This document shows, in pieces, positions 38,109-48,271 of a stretch of 64,000 nucleotides of DNA. Every line of letters begins with the position of its first letter. Position 1 is the stretch's first letter. Below the pieces are notes generated by a model that was not told the origin of the DNA, made no database searches, and saw nothing but the letters and a program-made list of their open reading frames with translations. The translations under genes and the position numbers were made by a program. The DNA is from an uncultured Chloroflexia bacterium (GTDB taxonomy: Bacteria > Chloroflexota > Dehalococcoidia > DSTF01 > JALHUB01): assembly GCA_963703345.1 (NCBI GenBank), contig OY969814.1, positions 1,440,001 through 1,504,000 of the forward strand, given 5' to 3'.

Positions 38109-41100
38109 CTAGGCGGCCCTCATGAGAGCGGAGATGCCGCGCCGCTGGACCGAGGCTATGCGAGCGATCTCGCCGGACGCCACCGCCCGCTCGAACGCTT
38201 CGACGACTTCCGGCGAATACCGCGTGCCCTTCGTTGCCCGCAGCTCCCGCATGGCGCGGGCCGATGGCCAGGCGCCCTTATAAGGTCGCCGTGAGGTCAT
38301 GGCGTCGAAGCCGTCCGCCACTGCGACGATCATTGCAGCGAGGGGAATCTGATCGCCCGCCATGCGATCCGGGTAGCCCGTGCCGTCCCAGTTCTCATGA
38401 TGCCAGCGGGCGATCTGACGCGCCGTCTGGAACCAGGGATCGCGCGGCAGCAGCCTCTCTCCCCAGGCGGTGTGGCGTCGCATGATTTGCCATTCCTCTT
38501 CGGTGAGAGGCCCCGGCTTCGTCAATATTGCGTCCGGCACGCGCGTCTTGCCAAGGTCATGCAGCAAAGCCGCAAGTCCTATCTCCTTGGCGACCTCCGC
38601 GCCCAAGCCCATCTGCAGGGCGATCGCCTCCGAGTAGCCGCGTATTCGGAAGAGGTGATGTTCAGTGTACGGATCACGGGCCTCGGCAGCGAGCGCCAGG
38701 AGGAGCGTCGTCTTCTCGTAGGCATCTTGCCGCTCCCGCTCCAGGTTCGTATGCTCGGTTATGTCTTCCAGCGTGCCCACAAGCCCCGTCCGCTCGCCTT
38801 CGCCTGACAGGATGGACGTGACGTGCACGCGGGCCCATCGCGTTTCGCCGGATGCGGTCGTGATGCGAAACTCGTGCGAGAGCTCGTAGACCGGCTGACG
38901 GGCGGCCTCCTCATGCTTCTGCCAGGTCGCCTCCCGGTCTTCTGAGTGCACGATTGCGTTCAGCGCGTCCGTGACATCCTCCGGAATGCTTCCAACAATC
39001 GCCTGGAGGCACTCGTTGACATAAGTAACCCTATCTTCGGCGTCCACGAGGAAGATGCCGACGGGCGCGGAGGCGCTCAGCGACCGGAATCTTTCCTCGC
39101 TCTGCCGCAACGCCTGCTGGGCCTGGCGGCGCTCGGTAATATCCTCAATCGTGCCGACAAGGCCGGCAAAGCGCCCGTCTTTGGAGCGGAGATAAGTCGC
39201 GCGCGCGTACACCCAGCGCGTGACGCCGTAAGGCGTCAGAAGGCGCAGCTCTTGCGAGAACTCGCTTCGTTCCTTGATAGAGTTGATCATTCTGGTGATC
39301 ACATCGTCACGGTCGTCGGGATGGACCACTGCGAACCAGTTGGCATCGGGGTTCTCGATAAAGGAGAAGCCGGCGATTTCGGTGAAGCGTTCGTTTACAA
39401 ACGTCACCCTGCCCATAGGGTCGGACTGGAAGATACCGATGGGCGCCGAGGCGCCGAGAGAGCGGAACTTCTCCTCGCTCTGTCGCAGCGCATCTTCCGC
39501 CAGCTTACGAACAGTTATGTCCTCCAGTGTGCCGACGCGGGCGCCCTGGTTGCCGATGGGCGTCGACCGGGCGCTCACCCAGCGCGTCTCTCCGGCCGGC
39601 GTGACGATTCGAAAGTCCTCCGCAAACTCGTGACCCTCAGCGTTCGCGGCCCTCTTCGCTTCGATGACGCGCTCGCGGTCGTCGGGATGAATTACTCTCA
39701 GCCAGCCCAGGCCCAAGGACTCCTCGGTGGTTAGGCCGCAGATGGCGAGCATGCGCTCATTAACGTAGATGGTCCCCCCTTGCGCATCGGTCAAGAATAT
39801 GCCGACCGGCGCTGCGGCGCTGAGCGAACGGAATCGCTCTTCGCTCTCACGTAGCGCCTCTTCCGAGCGCAGACGCTCCGTAACGTCGCGCGCCATCCCA
39901 TGCGCAGCCGGCGGCCCGCCCGGCCTCTGTACCGCCGCGGCCAGCGTCTCGATTTCAATGCATGTCCCGTCCCTCCGGCGCAGCCTGAAGATCAGCGGCT
40001 CCGACTGCCGGCCTATTGTCTCAAGCTCCTCGACGAGCGCGGCAACGGGGCGAGAATAGTCCTCGGCCCAAAGGTCAGCGAAGTTCAGTTTCGCCATCTC
40101 CTCCCGGGAGTAGCCGAAGAGCTGCAAATACCTGTCGTTGGAGTCCAGGAAGCGGCCCTTGAAGTCGTAGAGATAGACCGCGTCCGGCGAGCGCTCGAAG
40201 AGCATGCGGTATCTCTCTTCGCTCTCGCGCAACGCCTGCTCCGCCCGCTTGCGCTCGATGAACGACGCCGTGCTCTCCGCTGCCAGCCGCACGAGTCTTA
40301 CGTCCTGATCGTGCCAGATGTGGGAGCCGCGCGTATCACCGAACGCCATGAAACCCGCCAGCTTGCCGTGGTTGCTGAACGGCACGGCGAGCAGCGAGCG
40401 TACCCGCATGTTCTGGAGCAGTTCCTTCTCGGCCGATGCCTCCGCCGGCAACTGGTGCAGGTCATGGAGGACGATGTCCTCGTTTCGCTCCAGCTTGCCC
40501 ACCCACCAGGCGTAAGTTGCCGTGTCGAGTCCCTGGAAGCGGTCTCTCGTAGGTCTCCTGCCGGGAACATTCCACTCATGTGTGTTGTCCAGCCGGCTGC
40601 CGTCTCTATTGAACATGAAGACGTAGGCGTGCTCGACGTCTACGGTCTCGCCGAGAATGCGCAGCGCCGCGATAAGCGCGCCGTTGACGCTGTTCGCCGT
40701 GGCCAGCACCGTCGATACCCGCGCCACCGCCGATTCCAGTCTTACCCGCTGCCGCATCTGGTCCGTTACGCCGTCCAGCCTCCCGACCATCTCGTTGAAA
40801 TCGCTGGCGAGCGAAGCCACCTCCGTCGGCCCCGAAACCTCGACGCGTGACTGCATGTCGCCTGACGCCACAGCTCGGACGCCGCGCTGGAGGGACGCAA
40901 GAGGCTTCACGACCGAACGAAGGAAGCTTGTGAGCACAGCAATCGCCAATAGGGCGCCGGCGGTGCCGATTATCGAAAGCAGCCAGAGATTCAGGTTCGC
41001 CTGGGAATTCGCGTTGGAAACGTCGGCGGAAACGGCCTCCTGCTCCGCCTGCGACACTTGAGCCAGGTTGGCGAGAAGGAGGTTAGCAACGGGCAGGAGC

Positions 41101-41564
41101 TTGGACATGTAATCGGCAACGGCTGTTTGCGAATCGCCCTGAGGCGCATATGAGTTTATCATCTCGCTTACCTGGCCCGCGTATTCTTGGGCGCGGTCCA
41201 TGTCGCTGATGAGGTAGGCGTCTCCTTCCGCCTGAATGTTATTCCGGGCCATCTGAAGGAAAGCCTGCCCTTGAGCGACGGCGTTATAGTAGGAATCGTT
41301 GAGGGGGTGGGGGTTGTTTGTGAGCACCGAAGTGGCGAAGAACATGCCGGCGGAGAAGAACTGAGCCCGCGCTTCCTCGAGATCGAGAACTGTGGTGGTC
41401 TTCTGTTCGAGGGCCTTGTGAGTCTTGCGGTCCGCGTTCATCCGGCTGATGCCCAACAGGGCAACGGCGGCAAGCAAGGCAAGCAAAACAAAGCTGGCCA
41501 GTAGCGAGCGCCCCTTAATAGTGCCGAACGCGCACCTTCCAAACCACCTGGAGAATTTTGCCAT
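38109..41564 (-). CDS. Membrane sensor HAMP-GAF-4xPAS HD-GYP cyclic-dinucleotide phosphodiesterase
   Basis: Two TMs, HAMP, GAF, four SEERFR-linked PAS/PAC units, HDLGK, HHENWDGTGYP. Confidence 0.93.
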   Translation of the reverse strand: MAKFSRWFGRCAFGTIKGRSLLASFVLLALLAAVALLGISRMNADRKTHKALEQKTTTVLDLEEARAQFFSAGMFFATSVLTNNPHPLNDSYYNAVAQGQAFLQMARNNIQAEGDAYLISDMDRAQEYAGQVSEMINSYAPQGDSQTAVADYMSKLLPVANLLLANLAQVSQAEQEAVSADVSNANSQANLNLWLLSIIGTAGALLAIAVLTSFLRSVVKPLASLQRGVRAVASGDMQSRVEVSGPTEVASLASDFNEMVGRLDGVTDQMRQRVRLESAVARVSTVLATANSVNGALIAALRILGETVDVEHAYVFMFNRDGSRLDNTHEWNVPGRRPTRDRFQGLDTATYAWWVGKLERNEDIVLHDLHQLPAEASAEKELLQNMRVRSLLAVPFSNHGKLAGFMAFGDTRGSHIWHDQDVRLVRLAAESTASFIERKRAEQALRESEERYRMLFERSPDAVYLYDFKGRFLDSNDRYLQLFGYSREEMAKLNFADLWAEDYSRPVAALVEELETIGRQSEPLIFRLRRRDGTCIEIETLAAAVQRPGGPPAAHGMARDVTERLRSEEALRESEERFRSLSAAAPVGIFLTDAQGGTIYVNERMLAICGLTTEESLGLGWLRVIHPDDRERVIEAKRAANAEGHEFAEDFRIVTPAGETRWVSARSTPIGNQGARVGTLEDITVRKLAEDALRQSEEKFRSLGASAPIGIFQSDPMGRVTFVNERFTEIAGFSFIENPDANWFAVVHPDDRDDVITRMINSIKERSEFSQELRLLTPYGVTRWVYARATYLRSKDGRFAGLVGTIEDITERRQAQQALRQSEERFRSLSASAPVGIFLVDAEDRVTYVNECLQAIVGSIPEDVTDALNAIVHSEDREATWQKHEEAARQPVYELSHEFRITTASGETRWARVHVTSILSGEGERTGLVGTLEDITEHTNLERERQDAYEKTTLLLALAAEARDPYTEHHLFRIRGYSEAIALQMGLGAEVAKEIGLAALLHDLGKTRVPDAILTKPGPLTEEEWQIMRRHTAWGERLLPRDPWFQTARQIARWHHENWDGTGYPDRMAGDQIPLAAMIVAVADGFDAMTSRRPYKGAWPSARAMRELRATKGTRYSPEVVEAFERAVASGEIARIASVQRRGISALMRAA

Positions 41565-41717
41565 ACGCGCCTAGATCGCTATCCAAACGTAGCGGTTAAC
41601 AGTTCCCCTCGAAGGATTGTCGGACTTGCAATCTCCCTTCGGTAGACGTGCCGAGGGCAATCGTCCGCCGCGAAGGGTGGACGGGCTGTGGAACAGGGGT
41701 ACGAAGTACTCGCGGAG

Positions 41718-44429
41718 CTACTCGAGCGGCCGGAGCAGGACCCGCGCGTTGACGACGCAACAGCCCTCGCCCGGCGGCAGCACCTTCACTGGATTGAGGT
41801 CCATCTCGGCTATCTCTGGAACCTCCTCCACCATCGCCGAGACGCGCAACAGGAGTTGTTCCAAGGCAGTGACATCGGTGGGCGGAGAGCCTCGATAGCC
41901 CGTCAGCAGCGGATAGCCCTTCACCACCCGCACCATCTCGCGGGCATCCAAATCGGTCAGCGGATGGATGCGGAAAGCGACGTCCTTGATCAGCTCTACC
42001 TGAATGCCGCCCAGTCCGAACATGATCAGCGGCCCGAAAGATGCGTCCTGCGTCAGCCCGACGATGACCTCGACGCCGCCTGGCACCATCTCCTGCACGA
42101 TCACGCCCTCCATCGCCTCCAGCTTTCCGGCGGCGCGCAGCCTCTCGCGGATCTGTTCGAACGCCCGGCGCACCGCGTCCTCCGATTCCAGCCCCAGGAT
42201 CACGCCGCCGACATCGGTCTTGTGCATGATCGTCGAAGAGACGAGCTTGACCGCAACCGGAAAGCCCATCGACTTTGCCGCCTCGGCCGCCTCGTCGGCC
42301 GTCGTCGCCAGCCGGGCGCCGGCGCTTCGTATCCCGTACGCATCCAGCAGCTCGACGCAGCCGTCCGGCGGCAGCCAGATGCCGGTCGTCTTGTCGCCGG
42401 CAAGCACACGCTCAATGATCGCCCGCGCCCTCTCTGGCACCAGTCCGTCTATCTTGGGGATGGAGCCCTTCGGCCGGCGACACCAGTCGGCGTAGTCCGC
42501 GGCGCGGGAAAGCGCCATCGCCGTTGCCTCCGGGAACGTGAGCGAGGGGATGACGTAATCGCCGGCCGCCAACTCCTCGGGCGGTCCGCCGGAGCTCATG
42601 AAGCAGGCGAGGATGGCCTTCTTGTCGCGGAAGTGACGCGCGACCTCGTGGACCTCCGCCGCTACTTCCTTCGGCATGCTCACCAGCGGCGCGATGTAGA
42701 TCACGATCACGGCATCGATGTCGTCCTGCTCGCACAGGACCCGCAGCGCCCGGCCGAAGTCCTTCGGCGATGCCGAGGCGATGAGGTCGATGGGATTGGC
42801 CAGGCCGGCTGCGGCTGGCAGGAAAGTGCGTAGCGCCGCCTTCACCTCGTCCGACAGGGGTGGCACGCGCAGCCCGTAGCTCTCGCAGGCGTCGGCGGCA
42901 AGGATGGCCGGACCGCCGGAGTTCGTCAGTATGGCGACGTTCCGTCCGTCCGGCAGCGGCTGGTGCGAGAGCAGGTTCGCCACGTCGAAGAGCTGCTGAA
43001 GCGTATCCATGCGGATGACACCCGCCTGCCGGAAGAGCGCGTCCGCCGCAACGTCCAGGCCCGCCAGCGCGCCGGTGTGCGACGCCGCCGCCCGCGAGCC
43101 GGCGCTGCTCCGACCGCTCTTCAATGCCAGGATTGGCTTCGCATTCGCGATGCGGCGCGCCAGCCGGGCGAACTTGCGCGGGTTCCCAAACGATTCCAGG
43201 TACAGCAGGATAACGTCCGTCGAAGGGTCCTGCTCCCAGTACTGGATGAGGTCGTTGCTGGAGACGTCCGCCTTGTTGCCGACGCTGACGAACGTCGACA
43301 GGCCCAGCTTCAGACTGCGCGCATAGTCGAGGAGCGCCAGCCCCAGCGCGCCGCTTTGCGACAGCAGAGCGACGTTGCCCCGCGGCGGGAACACCGGCGA
43401 GAACGTGGCGTTCAGGCTCACCTCCGGATCGGTGTTGAGGACACCCATGCAGTTGGGGCCCAGCATGCGCATCCCGTAATTGCGTACCTTCGTCAGCAGC
43501 GCCGCTTCGCGCTCCGCTCCCTCGGCGCCCGTCTCCCTGAAGCCGGCGGATATTACGACGATGCCGCGCACGCCTTTGCGCCCGCACTGGTCGACGACGT
43601 CCAGCACCTGCTCAGCGGGCACAATGATGATGGCGAGGTTGACTTCGTCCGGGATGTCGAGGACCGAGGCATAGGCGCGCACGGCCCCGACGGCGTTGGT
43701 CGTCGGGTTCACCGGATAGGCGATGCCGTTGAAGCCGGTGTCGAGGACGTTGTTGAACAGCTCGGCGCCGATGGTGCCGCGGTAGCGCGACGCGCCGATG
43801 ACGGCGATCTTCGTCGGATTGAAGAAGACCCGCACCGAGGCGGTGGCCGCCACCAGCTCCCGCTGCTCGGTCCGCTGCTCGACGACCTCCGTGTGCTCGA
43901 TGGGGAACACGACGTGGAACGTGCCCTCCGCGTACTTCGCGTCGACGGTAAAGCCGAAATCCTGGAATACCTCCATCATGTCCCGGTTCTCAGACAGCAC
44001 CTCCGCCTCGAAGACGTGGATCCCCTTCTCGCGCGCCGCGATCGCCAGGTGCTCCAGCAGGTGCGTCGAGATGCCGCGGCCCTGATGGCTGTCCTCGACG
44101 AGGAAAGCCACCTCCGCGCGCTCCGGGTTCGCCAGTCGCGCGAAGCGTCCGATCGCGATGATCCGCTGGTCCGGCGGCTCGCCCAGAATGGCCACCAGCG
44201 CAAAGTTGTTCTCGTAGTCGATGTTGGTGTACGTCTCCGCTTCTGCCCGCGTCACTTCGGCGATGACGTGATGGAAGCGCATGTAGATCGTGCGCGGGCT
44301 GAGGCGGCTGAAGAGGAAGAGCCAGGCGTCGGTGTCGTCGGGCCGTATCGGACGGAGGCGCACTTTGGAGCCGTCGCGGAGCAAGACTTCCGCCTGGTAG
44401 TTACGGAGATCGCGGACTCGCGGTTGCAT
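41718..44429 (-). CDS. GNAT / NDP-forming acyl-CoA synthetase-like protein lysine acetyltransferase (Pat, N-terminal GNAT)
   Basis: N-terminal LRDG..RPIRP..QGRG GNAT, then GPNCMG, SQSGA, SHTG, EMDLNPV. Confidence 0.92.
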   Translation of the reverse strand: MQPRVRDLRNYQAEVLLRDGSKVRLRPIRPDDTDAWLFLFSRLSPRTIYMRFHHVIAEVTRAEAETYTNIDYENNFALVAILGEPPDQRIIAIGRFARLANPERAEVAFLVEDSHQGRGISTHLLEHLAIAAREKGIHVFEAEVLSENRDMMEVFQDFGFTVDAKYAEGTFHVVFPIEHTEVVEQRTEQRELVAATASVRVFFNPTKIAVIGASRYRGTIGAELFNNVLDTGFNGIAYPVNPTTNAVGAVRAYASVLDIPDEVNLAIIIVPAEQVLDVVDQCGRKGVRGIVVISAGFRETGAEGAEREAALLTKVRNYGMRMLGPNCMGVLNTDPEVSLNATFSPVFPPRGNVALLSQSGALGLALLDYARSLKLGLSTFVSVGNKADVSSNDLIQYWEQDPSTDVILLYLESFGNPRKFARLARRIANAKPILALKSGRSSAGSRAAASHTGALAGLDVAADALFRQAGVIRMDTLQQLFDVANLLSHQPLPDGRNVAILTNSGGPAILAADACESYGLRVPPLSDEVKAALRTFLPAAAGLANPIDLIASASPKDFGRALRVLCEQDDIDAVIVIYIAPLVSMPKEVAAEVHEVARHFRDKKAILACFMSSGGPPEELAAGDYVIPSLTFPEATAMALSRAADYADWCRRPKGSIPKIDGLVPERARAIIERVLAGDKTTGIWLPPDGCVELLDAYGIRSAGARLATTADEAAEAAKSMGFPVAVKLVSSTIMHKTDVGGVILGLESEDAVRRAFEQIRERLRAAGKLEAMEGVIVQEMVPGGVEVIVGLTQDASFGPLIMFGLGGIQVELIKDVAFRIHPLTDLDAREMVRVVKGYPLLTGYRGSPPTDVTALEQLLLRVSAMVEEVPEIAEMDLNPVKVLPPGEGCCVVNARVLLRPLE

Positions 44430-44511
44430 GGCCAATCCCTGCCTTTCTCTCCCCTATCAATCGATTATATCCCAATCAGTATCCCCTCGGGCGTATCTCT
44501 GAAGGTTCAGC

Positions 44512-44541
44512 TTGACACCTGCTCGGCCGTAAACGTATAAG
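44512..44541 (+). promoter_or_regulatory. Sigma70 promoter of treT-pfkA
   Basis: TTGACA-N18-TATAAG. Confidence 0.55.
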
Positions 44542-44596
44542 GGGCAGGAGGCCCCTCGAGAGCGAACACGACGCGTCGATATGGAGGACCACTGGG

Positions 44597-45826
44597 ATGC
44601 TTGACCACGTCGACGTTGGAACGGTCGATTTCAAGAGCTACGAACCGTTTACGGACCCGGAGATGGCGAAGGAGATACGCGCGCGCGCCGCTCAGTTGAA
44701 GGGCGCCCGCCTTCTCCAGGTCAACGCCACGCCCTACGGCGGCGGCGTCTCTGAGCTGCTGCGGGCCGTCATTCCCATCTACCGCGGCCTTGGCATAAAA
44801 GCCGACTGGAAGTGCATCTACGGCGACCCTCAGTTCTTCGCCATCACCAAAGCGTTCCACAATGCCTTGCAGGGCGCTCAGGAGGAGCTCACGCGGCTGG
44901 CCGGTGAGACCTACCTGATGTACAACAAGCTCAACGCCGACCTGCTCGACGAAGAGTACGATTTTGTCGTCATCCACGATCCGCAGCCGCTGGCCATACG
45001 CCACTTCAAGGGCCCCAACGGCGCGAAATGGGTATGGCGCTGTCACATCGATACCTCCAGCCCGAACGAAGACGTCCTCGCCTTCATCTCCCGCTACTTC
45101 CTGGAGTACGACGCGCTCGTCTTCACGATGCAGCGCTTCGTGCCGCCGGGCCTCGAGCACAAAAAGCTGGCCATAATCCCACCGTCCATCGACCCGCTGA
45201 GCCCGAAGAACGTCAACCTTCCCGACGACCTCTGCCGCGAGATGCTGGTCTGGCTCGGCGTGAAGCCGGACAAGCCGCTGATGACACAGGTGTCCCGTTT
45301 CGACCCCTGGAAGGACCCCTTCGGCGTCATCGAAGTCTACCGCATGGTGCGGGAGGAGGTGCCCGGCCTCCAGCTTGCCCTGCTTGGCTTCATGGCCCTC
45401 GACGACCCTGAAGGCTGGGGCATCTACAACGACGTCATCGCCGAGACGAAGAATGACGCCGACATCCACGTCCGCACCAACCTCGTCGGCGTGAGCAACA
45501 TGGAGATCAACGCCTTTCAGCGCAAGTCCGACGTCATCATCCAGAAGTCGATCCGTGAGGGCTTCGGCCTCATCATCTCCGAGAGCCTATGGAAGGGCAC
45601 TGCCGTCGTCGCCAACCGCGCCGGGGGCATTCCGCTTCAAATGGAAGACGGCATCGGCGGCTTTCTCGTCGACAGCACGGAGCAGTGCGCCGAGAAGGCC
45701 CTCTACCTCTTGCGCCACCCCGCCGAGGCGAAGAAAATGGGGAAGCTGGGCCAGCAGCGGGTTCGCGAGCGCTTCCTGACGCCGCGCCTCGTCCGCGACT
45801 GGCTGCGGCTTCTCACCGAGCTCTAG
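44597..45826 (+). CDS. treT: Trehalose glycosyltransferring synthase (GT4)
   Basis: NATPYGGGVSE, IHDPQP, WRCHID, SRFDPWKD, QKSIREGFGL. Confidence 0.9.
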   Translation: MLDHVDVGTVDFKSYEPFTDPEMAKEIRARAAQLKGARLLQVNATPYGGGVSELLRAVIPIYRGLGIKADWKCIYGDPQFFAITKAFHNALQGAQEELTRLAGETYLMYNKLNADLLDEEYDFVVIHDPQPLAIRHFKGPNGAKWVWRCHIDTSSPNEDVLAFISRYFLEYDALVFTMQRFVPPGLEHKKLAIIPPSIDPLSPKNVNLPDDLCREMLVWLGVKPDKPLMTQVSRFDPWKDPFGVIEVYRMVREEVPGLQLALLGFMALDDPEGWGIYNDVIAETKNDADIHVRTNLVGVSNMEINAFQRKSDVIIQKSIREGFGLIISESLWKGTAVVANRAGGIPLQMEDGIGGFLVDSTEQCAEKALYLLRHPAEAKKMGKLGQQRVRERFLTPRLVRDWLRLLTEL

Positions 45827-45871
45827 TACAGACCACCACTTCAGCAGCCGAAAGGATTCCGGCCGGCAGCA

Positions 45872-46837
45872 GTGAAGCGCATTGCTATCCTGGCGAGCGG
45901 CGGCGACGCGCCCGGTATGAACGCCTGCGTCCGGGCCGTCGTGCGCGCCGGCTCCCACCGCGGCCTGGAGACGCTGGGTGTCAAGGACGGCTACGCCGGC
46001 CTTCTCAACCGCCAGCTAGTCGTCCTCCACCGGCATGACGTCAGCAACATCATCCAGCGCGGCGGCGTCTTCCTGGGCTCTCTACGTTGCGAGGAGTTCT
46101 ACACGCCGGAGGGGCGAGCCCGCGCCGCCGAAGTCCTACGCGCCTTCAACGTCGACGGCCTCGTCACCATCGGCGGCGACGGCACGCTTCGTGGCGCCCG
46201 CGCTCTCTCCAGCGAGCAAGGCATCGCCGTCGTCCTCGTGCCGGCGACCATCGACAACGACGCTCCGGGCACCGACTGGTGTATCGGCTTCGATACCGCC
46301 GTCAACACCGCCGTCGAGGCCGTGGACCGCCTGCGCGACACGGCGGAGGCGACCGAGCGAGTCTTCTTCGTCGAGGTGATGGGCCGGGAAAGCGGCGCCC
46401 TCGCTCTCCATGCCGGCCTGGCCGCCGGCGCCGATGCCATCCTCGTGCCGGAGGTAGAGACGAACCTCGAAGAGCTCGCCGACCTGCTGAATCGCGCCAT
46501 ACTGCGCCGCTCGCGGAGCCTCATCGTCGTCGTCGCCGAGGGTGATACGGCTGGCGGCGCTTTCGCCATAGCCGAGCACGTGCGACCATACGTCAAGGCC
46601 GACTATCGCGTGACAGTGCTGGGCCACATTCAGCGCGGCGGCACACCCTCCGCCCGCGACCGCCTGTTGGCCTCGCGACTGGGGATCTGCGCGGTGGAGG
46701 CGCTGATGGAGGGCAAGACGGGACACGTCGTCGGCGAGATCTGCGGTGAGGTGCGCGACACCCCCTTCGAGGAGCTCACTACGGACAAGCGACTGGCGCC
46801 GCTGGCGCTCCTCCAGCTTCTTCCCGACCTCTTCTAG
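45872..46837 (+). CDS. pfkA: ATP-dependent 6-phosphofructokinase
   Basis: SGGDAPGMN, GGDG, PATIDND, EVMGR, LGHIQRGG. Confidence 0.95.
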   Translation: MKRIAILASGGDAPGMNACVRAVVRAGSHRGLETLGVKDGYAGLLNRQLVVLHRHDVSNIIQRGGVFLGSLRCEEFYTPEGRARAAEVLRAFNVDGLVTIGGDGTLRGARALSSEQGIAVVLVPATIDNDAPGTDWCIGFDTAVNTAVEAVDRLRDTAEATERVFFVEVMGRESGALALHAGLAAGADAILVPEVETNLEELADLLNRAILRRSRSLIVVVAEGDTAGGAFAIAEHVRPYVKADYRVTVLGHIQRGGTPSARDRLLASRLGICAVEALMEGKTGHVVGEICGEVRDTPFEELTTDKRLAPLALLQLLPDLF

Positions 46838-48094
46838 CTACGTGATGTGGGCGTCGATGAGCTGCCGCGCGCCGGCGAGCGCCAGCATGTCGTTGGCGCC
46901 GTCCTCGATCATCGCCGAGCGAGCGTCGCGGAACAGCTTCTCGACGAGGCAGCCCTTCGACAGCCCCATGCCGCCAAAGAGCTGGACGGCGTCGCTCGCC
47001 ACCTGGAACGCGACCTCCGTGCAATAGACCTTCGCCGCGATGCCCAATCGCGACAGAGGCGGCATTGCCGTCGCGTTGTAGGTGAGTACAGCCCGCGAAA
47101 GCTGCCTTGCCGACTCCACTTTCACGAACATGTCGAAGAGCTTGCGCTGCACAAGCTGGTGCTCGCAGAGCGGCTTGCCTCCCTGCACCCGCTGCTTGCA
47201 GTAGCCCATCGCCTCCTCGTAGGCGGCGCGCGCCAGGCCGGTGAACCAGGCGCCCATAACGCCGTTCGCCGTAGCCAGAATCATGTCGGCGGCGAGGACA
47301 TACAACTCCGGCTCGACAATGACGTACTCTTTCGGGATGCGCACGTCGTCGAAGAAGATCTCGCCCTGGTTCAGGGCGCGCTGCCCCAGCTTGTTCAGTG
47401 GCTTACCCCGTGAGACGCCGGGAAGAACCAGCGGGACGACGGCGATGGCGCTGGCCGTCATTCCCTTGGAGCGGTCCACAGCGAAGTGGACCATGGCGTG
47501 CGAGGCGATGCTGCCGTTCGACACCCAGGCAGCCTTGGCGCCGCTGATCAGCCAGTCGTCGCCGTCGCGGCGGCCGCGGGTATCGAAGGCGGTACGCTCG
47601 TCGTTGATGTCCCCCACACCAATGGCCAGGCAGTCGGAGCCGTGCTGCGGCTCGGTGATCGCCCAGCAGCCGATAACCTTCGCCTCCCTGTCCTTGACAT
47701 AAGGCATCACGATATCATCCATCAGCCGCTGGTTGCCGGTCATCTGCACGGACAGGAGCGCGGTCCTGAAAGGGATAGCGGCGACGCCCAGCGCGACGGC
47801 GAAGTCGGCGGCGCCCCAGCCCATCTCCTCCGCGACGATGTGGGCCTCGAGGCCCATCACGTTCGCGCCGCCCAGGTCTTCCGGCATCTCCATCAGGTGG
47901 CGCTCCAGCTCGTAGTGCTTGCGGAACACCCGCCACAGCGGCGATCCCGGGTTGATCACGTCCTGCGGGTCCGCCAGGCTGTCGAGCTCGATGCTGGCCG
48001 GTCGCGCTATCTCCGCCGCGAACCGGTGCATCGCTTGCTTCAGCGTCTGCTGCGTCTCCGTCAATTGGGGATTGAGGTCGAGAGGGGCGCTCAT
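46838..48094 (-). CDS. Acyl-CoA dehydrogenase
   Basis: WAITEPQHGSD, GAKAAWVSNG, RVQGGK, VQLFGGMG...EKLFRD..IEDG. Confidence 0.92.
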   Translation of the reverse strand: MSAPLDLNPQLTETQQTLKQAMHRFAAEIARPASIELDSLADPQDVINPGSPLWRVFRKHYELERHLMEMPEDLGGANVMGLEAHIVAEEMGWGAADFAVALGVAAIPFRTALLSVQMTGNQRLMDDIVMPYVKDREAKVIGCWAITEPQHGSDCLAIGVGDINDERTAFDTRGRRDGDDWLISGAKAAWVSNGSIASHAMVHFAVDRSKGMTASAIAVVPLVLPGVSRGKPLNKLGQRALNQGEIFFDDVRIPKEYVIVEPELYVLAADMILATANGVMGAWFTGLARAAYEEAMGYCKQRVQGGKPLCEHQLVQRKLFDMFVKVESARQLSRAVLTYNATAMPPLSRLGIAAKVYCTEVAFQVASDAVQLFGGMGLSKGCLVEKLFRDARSAMIEDGANDMLALAGARQLIDAHIT

Positions 48095-48271
48095 GTTTTT
48101 GCTCCTTCTGCCGTGCCGAGTGTGGTGTCGCGATGGGCGGATGATGGCACAGAAGGCATCAGCGGGCAACCGCCAACGCCCGGCGGACGGTTGCCTCCTC
48201 TCACTGGCTGTACTAGAGTTGACGTATCGTTATGGCGTCCTTGAAGCCACTAGTGCTAGGAGGAAAAACCG

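Noticed and set aside
38740-40240. Recurrent ~380-bp similarity inside the HD-GYP gene
   Set aside because: Ordinary tandem PAS/PAC domains.
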